Of a stretch of 64,000 nt of DNA, positions 24,921-38,000 are shown piece by piece. The translations under genes and the position numbers were made by a program. The notes under the pieces were generated by a model. The model worked only from the letters and a program-made list of their open reading frames with translations. It did no database searches and was not told the origin of the DNA. The stretch is from Lama glama (taxonomy: Eukaryota). Numbering within the stretch: the first letter of the stretch is position 1; the number at the start of each line of letters is the position of its first letter. Where the stretch lies: contig CM052851.1 of NCBI GenBank assembly GCA_028534125.1, forward strand, positions 1,922,001-1,986,000, given 5' to 3'.

Positions 24921-25062
24921 CTTGTCAAAGAGAGGCTGGTATAAGGCTGCGTACTTCCTCTCCAAGTCGTGGACCTCTTCGTAGAACTTGGCTTCTATGT
25001 GAGCACATTTCACCTGCAGCTGTTTCAACGCATTGATCCTTCTTTTTACTGCCTTAGGTAAA
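24921..25062 (-). CDS. NAP1L4: NAP1L4 exon 5, LPKAVKRRINALKQLQVKCAHIEAKFYEEVHDLERKYAALYQPLFDK
   Basis: 142 nt, tttcag|T TTA...AAG|gtagg; NAP dimerisation helix. Confidence 0.97.
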
Positions 25063-27439
25063 CTGAAAGAGGGAACAAGACAACAAAACACCCATACGTC
25101 TGCAACATAAGGTGGCATGCACAGAATTAACCACCTTACCATGAAGAAAAGCTCCTAAAAATCATGAAGGACACCCCTGCCGCCTCCCCCAAGAGCAGGG
25201 TGGTGAGGGAGGAGGAAGCTGAAAACATAATCCACGAAACAAAAAACACAAATAACCAAACATCAAAGAAAGAGCCAATCTCACAAAACATCCAAAAGAA
25301 CGCAAATTTAAAAGAACTGCTGTCTTTTCCTTAACAAATCGGCAAAAAAAAAAAAAAAAAAAAAAAAATCCCCAGGTTTGGTGAGGCTGGAAGCAGAGGC
25401 CCTCTGACTCATCTTTCTTAAGGGCAAACAAGATCCTTGGAAATGTTCTTTGGATCTACTTCTAAGACTATATCCTAAGGAAATAACAAAGTATTTAGTT
25501 TATATGCTGGAATGACCACTGGTGCATCATCTACAGACTGGAAACAATGACAAGATGTGCAGAATTAAAGCAGGGCCTGTCCTCAGCCACGTCCTCGAGG
25601 GGGACTCAGGGCCACGTCAAGTGCTCGTACTGACCCTGACCCTGACCCAGGGAGAATCAGAGACAACACAGCCAGGGCCTCTGTTCTCTTCTAGAGTCAG
25701 AGAACTGGGAGCTTCTTTGCTTTCTGATACTTTCCCCTCTTCTTAAAAATACGTTTGCTTGTATGCATTGCTTTTATAAATTGGAAGAAACCACTTTAAA
25801 CCCATCAGAATCACTTGTTTAACTTAAAGCTCTCAGTCACGCTCTAGAACCAAGAGCAGATTCCTGGGACTCTCAAAGCCCCACAGTCCCTGTTAGTGGG
25901 CCCAGGTCCCGCCCTCTGGGTGCTTCTCTCCCGCAAGGGCAGGGCCGAGAGCACACAGCAGCAGGCAGCTCTCCAGCACAGCGCTGTTCAGGAAACGCAG
26001 CATCCGGGGGGAACTGGTCCCAGGAAGCTGCGGGCACCTCAACCCCTGGATGCTCCCGCCCCTCGCATGGAGCGGGCTGGTGTGTGCACGCGACCCAGCA
26101 CACCCTCCTGCGACTACCGCCAACAACCAGCACAATGTAAACGCTATGCACACAGCTGCCGGTGTAGGACAAGTTCAGTTTGGCTTTTTGGAACTTTCTG
26201 GGAAAGCCCTCCCCTTACTTCTGACCTGCGGTTGGTTGAAACGGCAGGTGCAGAACCCACAGAACCAGCGGATGAGGAGGGTGGACGGTACAGGAGCAGT
26301 CCTGAACCACAAAGGACCCCTGTCCCGGGACGCCCACGCGCACGGCAACCTCAGTTTAGGCAGAGGTCCTTCACCAAAGACTCCCAGCAACAGCTGCCCC
26401 GCGAGAGCACGGGCAGCAGACGAGGACAAAGGAAAGGCAGAGAGCCGAGCAGAGCAGCAGACACACGGCACCACCTGCGCTTCTTTTCGTCGCTGATTAC
26501 ACACCTTGAACACCTCCTGACTTGCAAAGCCTCCTTAATGGAGTAACGAGAAGGCTTCTAAGCCAAAGGGCACCCCCACCGCCTTCCAAACAGTAACCGC
26601 AACGACACACCGTCCTCCCTGCCCCGTGCGTCCGGCGTGGAACAAACTCTGCCCCCACAAAACCGTTCCCACACCCGCATTTCCTCTGAGAGAACGCCCC
26701 CCCATTCACTCAGTTCCCAAATACAGAAAGCCAGAAACCATCGCTCACACTCCTCTACCCGCCCCCTCAGTGTCGCTACACCCCACTGACTAAGCCTGCG
26801 AAATCTCACAAGACCATCCCCACCAAGTCCCCTCCCAGAGAACCCTCTACACTGATGGGCAAAGCTGACCGCAAGTGTGCCCGCCCTCCCGTAACGGACC
26901 CCAGGAGCATCGTCAGGCCCACGTGGGGACCAGTGTGCAGTGGGCGCAGCTCGGCCTTGGGAGGAGGACACCCAGGCTTTGAGAAGAGGACTGGAGGGTG
27001 GGTGTCCCCGTTGTCCCCCCTGTGCAGCACAGCCAGGACACTGGCCTCCTCCCAACACGCAGGTGTGGCTCCCACAGGTGATGGAGGAGAGTCAGGCAGG
27101 AGCGGTTCTCTTGGCCAAATACAAGCCACCGTGAAGAGACAGCACTCCGCCCGCCCACCTGGTCCAAGCCCCCCGCTATGGCCTCCTTGTCCCCCTGACT
27201 CCCCTGAACGGGAGAAGTCCTCTACTATCGCCAAGGGCGGCACTGTGCCCTCACCTATGAGCTAACAGGATGGTCCCATATCATGTTCTAACCCCAGCCC
27301 TTGTTCTGGAACCCGACGCCTGACTCTCAGGAGGCAACGTCTGCCAAACAAAAACGTACTTCTTCCTGGTCTGAGGGCGCGGGAGAGCTTTCTCTTTGTT
27401 TCTTAAAGCTGTATCGAGCCTCGCTTGCAGCATACTCAC

Positions 27440-27539
27440 GTCTCGATGTAGCTCGAAGGAGTGTGGGAGACACTGTCAAGTCGTTCCTGTAAAGCTGCCA
27501 GAACTTGTGGATTCTGCATCACTTGATCTGTGAGCTTTT
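27440..27539 (-). CDS. NAP1L4: NAP1L4 exon 4, (E)KLTDQVMQNPQVLAALQERLDSVSHTPSSYIE(T)
   Basis: 100 nt, aatag|AA AAG...AC|gtgagt. Confidence 0.96.
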
Positions 27540-28479
27540 CTATTAAGAGTTTAAAAAAACAAGGCCAAACACGTCAGCTATGCCCACCACACAACAGAGC
27601 CAAGAGTCAAATCGCCAACACATAGACTAGCTTTATCTACTTCAATTTCTAAAGGCAGGAAGTGGCTTCTTAAAAACATGTTTCAAAAATACTTATTTTT
27701 AAAGGCATTTGACACTCGCTGTTAATCTCCCAAGTGGACAGCTGTAAATCCACTGAAGGACCCAGAGCCCTGACTCTCCCCTGGGCTGTCTGCACCCCAC
27801 ATCCCCCTACTGAGGGCACTGCCACTTGCTTGGTTCAGGCAGCCTATCTCTTGTCACCTCGCCTTCTCTGCCCAGGTCCCTTGGTGGGGCCCAGGAGCTG
27901 AGGACAGGGACGGGCACCTGGGCCTCAGAGTAATCAGCACCCACGGGCACCCCAGCTCACAGCCCAGGAAAGCATGACTCCCACCAGTCCGCAGGAGGCG
28001 CCAGGCTGCCCGGCGCTCTTGGCCTCCACCTTCACCTGCAGTGCCCTTCTGCCCAAACCCACCTCAAGGCCCTGCCTGACCACCCCTGCCAAAGCCACCT
28101 GCTTTGTCCACCACGCTGCCTTACAGCTCACACACTCTATACTGGTTCCCACGAATAAACAGGACCCCCAGAGGTCAGTTGTCCCAGTGAGCGGCACACG
28201 CTCTGTGCTGAACCAATTCCCTCCTAGGGACCCTATACAGAAACCCAAACTTAGCGCCTTCACCTACTCAAAAGGAAGCACACACCTGAGTTCTACCTTT
28301 GCAGGACAGTGACGCGGGAGCTGAACACAAGTCGGCACTCAGTTTAACATTCAGCTCCAAGCACAAGCACTAACTTGAACCTGAAGGTACGTAAGCGTGT
28401 AGATATAAAACCGTATGCGTGTGTAACACGTAAATACCACACGTACACGCAAACATGCATCTCTAGCACCAGCCGCTGA

Positions 28480-29700
28480 GAGGCCTAAACCCGTGACAGA
28501 TGGCACCTGTATTTTGGGTTTTAAATCTCCCTCCACTAAAAGTCACAGGGCCTCTTGCACAAACGGAAGACTCCAGGTCTAGGACAGGGAAAGTTCAAGA
28601 GAAAATGGATCGCTTGTGCCACAAAGTTAGAAAGTACTCAAAATTAGTGGGGACACAGGCAAAGGACATAGAAGCCAGCTTAAAGGGACTCCCCCGCTCC
28701 ACTGTTCAAAATGAATGATGGCAAATGATAAATCACTGAATAAAAAGCTAATCCATGAGTCTACAGTAACATTAAAATGGGGTGGGGGGAGTAGGGAAGG
28801 AAAGCTTTCCTTTACTATATGTAATATGTTAATAAGATCGGCAGAACTAGAAAAACGCCCTTTTATAACCACCAATGTCATCACTGATTTGCAAGGATCA
28901 CCAACTGTGCCACAATCCTGGTGGGAAAGTTTTATGGAGAACAGGACTCCCACAGGGCATCCGATAGCTCACTTACGCAAAGGACCCTAAAGTGTAGAAA
29001 CCGGCAGGCACTGTCTCCACCAAGTCACCAATCTCAGTGCCCCCGTCACCAGCCCACCTGCACCTCCCACCCTCTCAGGGCACCACGTGGCAGTCTTGCT
29101 AAAACGTTTCCCCTGAGCCTAATGAGGAGGAGACAGGCCAATCCAGGGTGTGGGCACGCTGTAAGACAGGGGACACACGGCCTGCTTCAAGGAAGAGGAA
29201 CAAGGTAGTGGGTAACCCTAGAGTGAGAGAGACAGAAGTAAATGCAATACACAGCCCCTGGCCAGGCCTGATTTCGCGTTGGGGTGCAGTGAACGGGGCC
29301 ACACGTCAGCCACCAGGATGCAGTGACGTTAGACTGCTTGGTTGTGGTAGCTGCATGTGGTCATAGGAATTTATCCCGGTTTTTAGGAAATTTACACTAA
29401 ACTGTTTTAGGAGAAAAGAGCCAGAATATCTACAACTTGTTTTCAAACAGGTCAGAGAGGAAAAAAAGGATCTATCTATAGGTCTGAAAACGGGGGGAAA
29501 ATAACACACCTATCAATATATGATCACACCAAAATGACACGGTATCTGGGACCTGCTTCCGAGCACTCGGGGTGGGAAGGAAAGGCACAGGTGCAGGCAG
29601 GCCAGGCGTCTGGGGCTCGGCGCTAGCCCTGCGTGGCGCGGGTACGGAGAGCGCCTGCGCCGGGCACTTTCCTTCTGCAGAGGCTGAATTTCCTAGAGTA
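28480..29700 (+). mobile_element. Old L1M-type (L1MC/MD-like) 3' region fragment
   Basis: gactccaggtctaggacagggaaagttcaag, aaggacatagaagccagcttaaagggactcccc and gtggtagctgcatgtggtcat resemble recalled L1M 3' UTR sequence. Boundaries approximate. Confidence 0.5.
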
Positions 29701-29882
29701 AAATGCTTTTAAATGACGCAGATTTCATTTCAATTATTCTAACTTTGCTGAAGTCTTTAAAGTTTAGTAATTATAGTAATCCTGTACTTGAATCACTTCT
29801 TTTATTTCAGTAAATGGTTCAAAAGTAGGAGCCTCCCTGCCCTGCATGCGAACAGTTCAATTTCCCACTGCAGTGAACTGAC

Positions 29883-29941
29883 CTGTATTACTTGCATTTT
29901 TAGCAGCTTCCAAGGAATCTGAAGGAACCCCATCTGAAAAA
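29883..29941 (-). CDS. NAP1L4: NAP1L4 exon 3, (S)FSDGVPSDSLEAAKNASNT(E)
   Basis: 59 nt, ttttag|T TTT TCA...ACA G|gtcag. Confidence 0.95.
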
Positions 29942-30705
29942 CTAAAACATGTTTAAAAAATATTACTCTACAGGAAGTTCAAAAGATAAATAGCTCAAGG
30001 GTGTTTTTCTTTTTCTTTCTCTCTTTTATCAGTAACATTTACTGAAGGGATGGATAAATACACAGAGAAACATACTTGACAGCAAGCCATCAAACTGGTA
30101 GCCAGAGGGTGTTTTTCTAACTTAATATATTAAAGAGGTGTCTCTAAGGTGACTTCAGATTTGGGCAGAAGAGAACTCTGGACACAGGTGTGATGTATAA
30201 AACACTTTCCTCACTGTTATGTTAAAAAAGCAGCCTTGCCAAGCTGTTAGGACAGGTGTCCACAGAGGCTCTGTGACACAGCCACACAAAGTTCTAAAAA
30301 CAAACTTCATGAACACAGGTCTAGCAGTCTTCAAAGATGCCTGGACACACCCCCACTCACCAAACACAAGCCACATCAAACACAATGCATAACCCGCCGT
30401 GGCCTTCAGGGCAATCTGCAAAAGTCTCCCACTCGACCCCTGGAAGCTACGGGGATACCAGGGTGGCGTCAAGATCTTCCAAGAGCTGCTCACCCAGGAG
30501 GTGCCAGGGCTCCTCATGAAGGCCTGAGACATTCCCACACCCAAAGCCAGTTCTCTATGGGCTCAAATACACAAGCGGGGTGTGGGGGTGGGCACGGGAA
30601 GCCAACAGCTGGAACGGCTAATGCTGTTTGCTGAAGTAATAAGGCTGGGCTCTTGTCACCGACTAAAATTTTAGACTCCAATAAACAAAGTCCGTTCTGG
30701 CTTAC

Positions 30706-30719
30706 CTGTTATCTGCCAT
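30706..30719 (-). CDS. NAP1L4: NAP1L4 exon 2 coding part, MADN(S); the whole exon spans 30736-30706
   Basis: tttgtag|GGGACAAAAGCATTCAG ATG GCA GAT AAC AG|gtaag; phase fits exon 3. Confidence 0.93.
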
Positions 30720-30819
30720 CTGAATGCTTTTGTCCCCTACAAATTAAAAAAGAAGTAACGTTACTAAGTATTCAGAAACAAAAAATGTTCAAGTGTACTC
30801 TTTTGACAGTGATTTACTG

Positions 30820-31150
30820 TGGGAGATGAGGATCTCCTAAGGAGGGGCTCGAGGAACTTTCTGGGGTGCCGGAAATGCTCTAGACCTTGAGCGGGGTACT
30901 GGTTACTTGGATACACACACTTGTCAAAATCCATCAAATTATACACTTGAGGTAGGAGGATACAGCTCAGTGGTAGAGCACACGCTTGGCATTCACAAGG
31001 TCCTGGGCTCAGTCCCCACAACCTCCTCCAAAAATAAGTAAGTAAGTAAGCCTAATTACCCCCTCACCAAAAATAGAAAGTAAAAGTAAAAAAGTAACTA
31101 TACACTTAGGATCTGTGTTTCAGTGCAAGCACATTTTATTTATAAAAAAT
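30820..31150 (+). mobile_element. L1M 3' end fragment split by a SINE
   Basis: ggaactttctggggtg...ggaaatgctcta...ttgtcaaaatccatcaaattatacactt resumes after the SINE as aggatctgtg. Confidence 0.65.
30951..31096 (+). mobile_element. Camelid SINE (Vic-1-like) with TSD
   Basis: A and B boxes present; duplicated tatacactt at 30940-30948 and 31099-31107. Confidence 0.85.
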
Positions 31151-32539
31151 TTCTCTTGTTGGCACTCAAATGACCAGACTTCAGAACAAAGACAATCAAT
31201 TTGAACTTGCCTGATCTCTATATTGAGTTTAGTTTAAAGTAATCCAGAGCATTTACTGGTGTTCATATTGCCTTTCAAACTCTAACTCACCGGGCGGTTT
31301 TACTTTGCTGTGTTCTATCAGCTCCACACGAAGGCGCGGGGATTGCGTAAAACGTACGTAACATCCTCAGTATGACCCCACTTCCACAAGACATGTATGA
31401 AGAAGGATTTACAGCCTAGAAGACTTTCACCTACAGGTGTTAAAGGTGGGTTCTAGGATATTTACTTCTTGAACAGAACATTCTATTAGTACAATTTCAA
31501 ACCCTATCTAAACGCGTAGCTATAGAGTCAGGTTTGGGGATGGAACTGCTTATTCCCAGACGTAGGAAATACACTTCAGAGCCCCTCTGAAGGGTGGTTC
31601 CCAGCCGACAGCTGGTCGACGTCTCATTCTTACGCATCTGAGAGAAGCCCAAACCCCTCAATCAGTGCTTCAGGGTCAAACAAAACAAGAATAACCCTTC
31701 ATACTTAAGAAAAGCAGCTCCAGTTGGAATTTATGAACTACAACTGTTCTGTATTCAACTCGACCGCATCTTTCTTAGGCCATTTTGTTTCAGAATAAAA
31801 CATGTCAACTACCTTTAAAGTTAAAAATACTACATAAATGTTACATTATTTTTTTCAAAAAGCTAAATGAATTAAGGAAGCAAATAAAAACCAGAAGGAA
31901 AAAAAAAAAACCCTTCAAGGGTCCCTATCACTGCTGAGTCCAGAGTCAGTCCACCCAGAAATCCCAATCCCCAGGCTCCCTGGCTCAGCTCCTCTGCCGT
32001 TTGCTGCGTGCACACAGCTGCACCTGGGGTATTCACTCCCAAGCTAGTATGTTCTGCTTTCTCATGTATTATAAATGCAAAGCGTGAGACACACAGAGGT
32101 TGGTCTTCAAAGTAACACCTGACACCAAAATTTTAAGAGCAAATACTTTTACCTGTTACCGGCTGTTAAACACTGCGGTTTCCCCCGCGATACACCTCTG
32201 ATACCATCTGTACAAACACGTCTTAGTTTACACGAGATCTTATCCCGAGTCGTCCTGTATTGAGACGGCAATAGCAGGATTTCCGGGTCAAAGACCGTAA
32301 GTGGATCGGGTACCTACAGCCAAAAAGGTTCCAGGCAACTCTAATTTGTCCACATAATTAAACTCTCCATTGTCTAACTAACACATCCAACTGCACCTTC
32401 TGTGCAGACCGCATCCACACCACACACTCTCCTGCGGCAGCTGTCACTGCCAGCCTAATGGACCAAGTCCAGTTCTCACCACCCAATTCCAACACCTCCT
32501 GCACCAATGACAGTACCTACAGGGTAGGTACTTCCCACA

Positions 32540-32665
32540 TTTCATACCCTCACCAACTCTGGCAGGGAGGAGGCACTCCCAGCATACAGGAGAGGACACC
32601 AAGGATGAGGAGGGTGAAACGCCTAGTCCACGGCCACCTGGCTAGTTAAGATGTGGACTTGGGTT
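32540..32665 (-). mobile_element. MIR remnant truncated by the ERV LTR
   Basis: Degenerate MIR core (catacaggagaggacaccaagg...gtccacggccacctggctagttaag) ends at the LTR edge. Confidence 0.5.
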
Positions 32666-33054
32666 TGTCAACTTGAAAGAAAGGAGGTAAATGAAGGCAA
32701 ACATGAGTTACCAGAAAGCAAGTTTATTCGGGAATCGCAGAGAAACCGCGATTCAGGACACGCCGACTACAGCGAGCTACAGGTGAGTCTGTTGAGGCGC
32801 AGCAGGGGTCGCTTCCATTGGCAGCGTGCAAAAGGGGAAAACCCCACTAGGGGTCAGCAGCAAGTCCACTGGCTCCAAGGTTGGGAGAGATTCTTGGCAG
32901 ATCCTCACTGTTTGGAAGGTAAGTTTCGATCTTTTGTAAATCAAACTCTGATGGGAAATCAGTCCCACCACCTTTGACTCTGTTTTCCGAGAACACATGC
33001 ACGAGACTCTCCACTTCACAGCCTCTGGTTTCATTTCAGATTAAAATTCTTTCA
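32666..33054 (-). mobile_element. 3' LTR of the ERV (about 389 bp)
   Basis: Starts TGAAAGA immediately after the polypurine tract AAAAGGGAGGAGCG (33068-33055), contains AATAAA (32728-32723) and ends ...AAGTTGACA. Confidence 0.75.
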
Positions 33055-33325
33055 CGCTCCTCCCTTTTGATCAAGCTCTTTCACAGGAAGTGTCACCGGT
33101 CAACCTTACTGTACGGGAATCCCACTTAATCAAAGGTGTCACTGGCCCCAGTGGCTTACGTGTCACTTGGAGCAGAGGAGACCCATCCTTGGACGTCTCG
33201 TCCCACAGACAAGGGAAACCACAAGTGGCCACCTGGCCTCACCTGAGCAATGAAACAACCCTTGAGAAATGGGGAATCTCAGTTGTGTTCCTCCAAGGTG
33301 GTCAGTTCAGTTGCAGGATAAGTCT

Positions 33326-34950
33326 TTACTCTGTATTTACATCTGGTAGTAAGAACTTTATTCTGTACACACATCTGGGAGAAAGACATTGCCTGCTGGT
33401 ACAAGACAGCAGAAATTTAATTATGTGGACTATACCCAAGGCCAGAAGTTGAATTACAGCTACCGACTGGAATAAACTTCTCAACCTGTTTCCCCAGCTG
33501 TCCACATTTAATAGGTCAAAAATGTCCCAGAACCCTCGGGTTTGGCCTATTTCAGTTAACAGTCTGACGCTATCTTTCATTATTTGTAGTTCCTGTGTGA
33601 ATTCCCCCGATTTGTTAACATAAAAACAGCACTCCTCCTTGAGCCGGGCACAGGTTCTGCCATGCTGTGCAGGGAAGAAGTTTAGGGCGCTGTGGTTTTC
33701 AGACTGCCGCTGCTAGGCTGTCCATTTGGGTTTGCTGATGTTCAAAGACTCACACAACCGTTAAAGGTAGCAGCCATGACTGTGGAGAGATTCTGAACTG
33801 CCTTCTCAAGTTCCGCTACTCCAACCTAAGGGGAAAAGGCCTGGGCGAAGGCACGTCCAAGTCTCCATCTACCACGGGGGCATCTGTAGGCATCCACCCA
33901 AAGCTGTATCCATCCCAGCCACGCTGTGCGCTTGTAAGCTGGTAGCACAAAGGGCCAAGACTGGTGGTGATGGAAGGCGGGGTTTCCCTGACTTCAGCAT
34001 CAGGAGGGATGGCAATGACTCTAGCGTCCTTTCCACTGAAGGGGTGTGGAGAGGGCATTCCTTCCACACAGAAAGTAACAACCAGTGCCTTTAAAGATAG
34101 GGTTCAGTGGGCCTTTTTGTCCAGATTTCTTTTCCTGGAATAAAAAAGATCTCATGATCAAAACCAGTCATTTATATAAACACATGGTAAGTGGTTTTGT
34201 TAGCAGTCAGAATGGTTAGAGGGGTTTCTTAAGTTTCAATATGCATGGAGTAACAGGTGCGTCTGCCTGCTACAGGTGACGTTCCGATGGAGGACTGGGG
34301 GTGCTCCAGGGAGAACGCAGGCTGGCTTAAGTCTCCACCACTCGGCAGATTTTTGATCAATTCCCTATGCAGTACCACTGAAGGAAGCACACCAGCTTCC
34401 CATCTCCTGGTATCATTACCCTTTTCATTATCCCACCAAAGAGACCTATTAGTCTCCTAGATTCCATTGGGGGATTCCAGTTCATGACCATCTGAGTCAT
34501 ACACAATCATTACAAGCATTCAGCAGGAGGCAGCCTAGAGACTTACCCGTCCCATTAATGTTCCTAAAACATGAGAAAGGTTTTGGGTTAAGAGTCTGGA
34601 CTGTATGGGTGGGGAGGCACCCCATGGAATGCTGTAATATCAGATGCCAATTTACCAGAAGAGAGGATATATACAGCTGCAAAGGCATGAAAGCAAAATC
34701 CTCCATCTCTGCCAGACAAACCTCCCCGCCGTCCTTCTAAGGATAACGGCCAGGCTTCCAGTTCAGGTTCATCATGAGTGTTACTGACACTGGTGCAACC
34801 AACAGTGAGGTTGGTGGAAATCAGTTTTTATAATGTGGGAGCAAAGGGGTGCATCACAGACAAACTAGGGGGTGGCAAGGAGGTCAGAGAAAAGACAAGT
34901 ACAACTTTAAGCAGCATGCCTTGGTTGTGTGATACAGAACAGGGTAAAGC
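33326..34950 (-). pseudogene. ERV env remnant (gamma-type TM)
   Basis: ENHSALNFFPAQHGRT (immunosuppressive-domain-like), then CARLKEECC (CX6CC, 33652-33626), FYVNKSG and a hydrophobic anchor SVAVIQLLALGIVHIIKFLL. SU is broken and its upper boundary is approximate. Confidence 0.85.
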
Positions 34951-35049
34951 GAGAGGTTACATCTCTGAAGAGCCGTCTACTGGTGTTTGCTTCAGTCAAA
35001 GGGTTCAGCTTTAGGTCCTGAGCTGCAATGCAGGTCCACTCGAGTCTGG

Positions 35050-38000
35050 GGGCCTTTTTAAGATGGGAACACGTGAATCCAGGAGCCTAACCCCTGGAGC
35101 TTGGTGGCACAGGGGTTAGTCCATAACACCTGGTAGGGGTCCTTCCAATGAGGTGGGGGGAGTCTTTATGGAGAGGCCTCTGTCTCCAGACTGTAAAGAG
35201 ACATCTTCATCTCCTGGGAGCATGCTGTGGAAAGGGTATTTCACTACAGCATAACCTCAGACCTGTGCAAATGTGATGTGTGCACCCTTTTATTAGCTGG
35301 TCAAAGGAAGCAGGGGCTAAATGCACAAGCCGTCCATGACTATTTTCAAAGGGTGAGAATTTATGATTCCCAAATGGAGGAGATCCAAGATTTGGAAAAA
35401 CCAGGGCAGTACTTTTGGCCAATGTATTTGAAGGAATTCAACTAATTTAGCCAACAGAATCTTTGTAACTCCATTCGTGTATTGAGCCAGTCCTGACAAT
35501 TGAGGATGATAAGCCTGGTAGGAGGGTAGAACTGGCCGCACAGCACAGTGACAGGAGTCCTCTGGTCACTATGGAGTTCCAGGGCGGGGGTTGGGGGTGA
35601 TCTTTCTTAAAAGGACTTCAGCTACAGAAGAGAGTCACCGTTCTACGTGAAAACATGCAAACCGTTACTAGAACATATTTACATCCACAAGCTAGGGGCA
35701 ACTGTATGAAATCCACTTGCCACAACTTTAACAGCCTGTTGAGGAAACAGTCCGTCCTGGGGCGGGACCAACAGGCCTCCCTGGGGTTAATTCAGGACAG
35801 GTACAAGCATGACAAGCGCTCTTTGTGGACTCGCTGCTGTTTCTCTACCAATGACCACTTACAAGGACTGCCGTCTTCTCAGTGGCCACTGGTTTAATTC
35901 ACGTACAGTGGTCAGTAAGGGAAGTTTCCGATTTTCTGGCAGGACCAGCTTATTACTGGGTTCAAACCACAGTCCCTGTTCTTTGCGGGTGTAATGACCA
36001 GCCTTCAGATTTCCAGCTGTGCTTTTCTTTCAGAGGCCAGCGGTTGTCCACTCCTGGTTGTTCCCTTAGGTCCCTGCAGGGGAAGAGCCTTCGGGCCATG
36101 ACGGAGCTTTGGTCTGTGGATACCGTATGAGAGGGTTTTTGCAGAGGTGTCAGGAAGGCGTTTTCTTTAGCTTCCAGGAACCAGACCTGCAGAGCGCAGG
36201 CACTTCAACGACAGCGAGAGCTACTGGCAGCAGCATGAATTCCACCAGATTCTGAACATAAGGGCCATTCTTAATTTGGTCTCCACTGGAAGTGGGGAAA
36301 CACTTGTTTCTATAACACTCCAAACTAATGCACCACTCTAAAGGCATACTAGCTATCAATAGATGTTTCCTGTCTTGCCTGAGAGAGAGCACACAGGCAC
36401 ACCTCGGAGATACTGCAGGTTTGGTTCCAGACCACCTCAGTAAAGCGAACGTCACAATAAAGCAAGTCACGTGAATTTTTTGGTGTTTACATTGTACTGC
36501 AGTTTGTTGAGTGTGCATCAGCATAATAGCTTAGATAACAATGTACATACTTTAATTTAAGAATACTTTACTGCTAAAAAATGCTAACCACCATCTGAGT
36601 CTTCAGCAAGTTGTAGTAACAACAAAGATCACCGATCACCATAACAAATGTAACAGTATTGCAAGGATTATTCAAATGTGGCAGATACACCAAGAGGGCA
36701 AGTGCTGCTGGAAAAATGGTGCCAACCGACTTGCTTGACACAGGGTTGTCACAAACCTTCAATTTATAAAAAAATCTGCGAAGCACAACGAGGTGCCCCT
36801 GTACGACTCAGCTTGCTGAGCTGAAGCAGCTGAAGGTAAGGGGACAGCCTCAGTGATCTTGAAAGGAGCCGGTAACACGTGCCCAGCACAAAACTTACCA
36901 TCTTTATTTTTTATGTGGGAGACACTGATAAACCACACAAGATCAGGATTCATCAAGGGGGTTTCCTGTAAAGTCACGAGCGGTCCACAGGTGACCCACC
37001 AAAGTCAGGGTCCCAGGGAATTTCATCAGGAGAGGAGGGGGGAAGGGTGCAGACTTGACACCTGAGACCGCTACAGTGAATGAGAGTGACTGAGCCAGTG
37101 AGGAAGACTTCACTGTGGGGGGAGGGTAGAATGCCTTGCTGCAAGGTGCTGAGTGTGGTGTGAATTCAAGGGAGCCTCAATGGTCCGAGGTGCACAGATG
37201 GTAGTTTACCCAAAGGGCGCAGCAGACAGCTCTAAGGCACGAGCTACCCTCAGGCCAGGGCTCTAACTGTTGGCCCCAGTAACGCAGGGCGGGTGATAGC
37301 CCCATGTTTTTCGCATAAACGTTCTGACAACATCCCTTCCTCCTCATATACCAAAAAGAAAAAGCGCAGCTGATGATCTGGGCATCCAAAGGCAGGTGGA
37401 TTTATTAAGCTTCTCCTCAAAAGCTAAGCCACCCTGGTCAGCCCCAACCCCGGGGCAGCTCCAGGGTTCTTCAGAAGGCGTTTGGGGGAGAGTCACTACG
37501 GAGAAGCTTGGAATCCAACTGCAACAATAACCAGTTAGCCCAAGGAAACCCCATAGCTGACATTTGGTTTGGGGTCTGGAAAGTTTAAAATGCCTTGACG
37601 TCCACTGGGATCCAGGTGTAGTCTCTGTTCTGAGAGTAAACATCTAGGTATCGAACCAGAGTTCAGAAAAATTGCAATTTTTCCTTAGAGAACTTGTATC
37701 TCTTAATGTCTAAGATTTTTAACAGGTGAACAGTGTCTTTCTGTGGGAATTTTGGGAGGCAAGCAAAGAAGCAAACCATCTACATATTGCAGTAAGGTGG
37801 AGCCTCCAGAGAATTCTATGTCATTTAAGCCAGCCTTTAAACTGTCAGAGAAGCAGCCTGAGTGAAGCCCTGAAGCGTGACTGTCCAAGTGCACTGTGGC
37901 CTCCCAGGTAACGGCGAAGAGATACTGATTACCTTCAGCAACAGCAACACTAAAAAACACACTGGATAAGTCAACCATAGTGAAAAAGCGGCTTCTGGTC

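Noticed and set aside
33326-34950. Intact syncytin-like env gene
   Set aside because: SU is broken by stops and frameshifts, with no continuous ORF or clear furin site.
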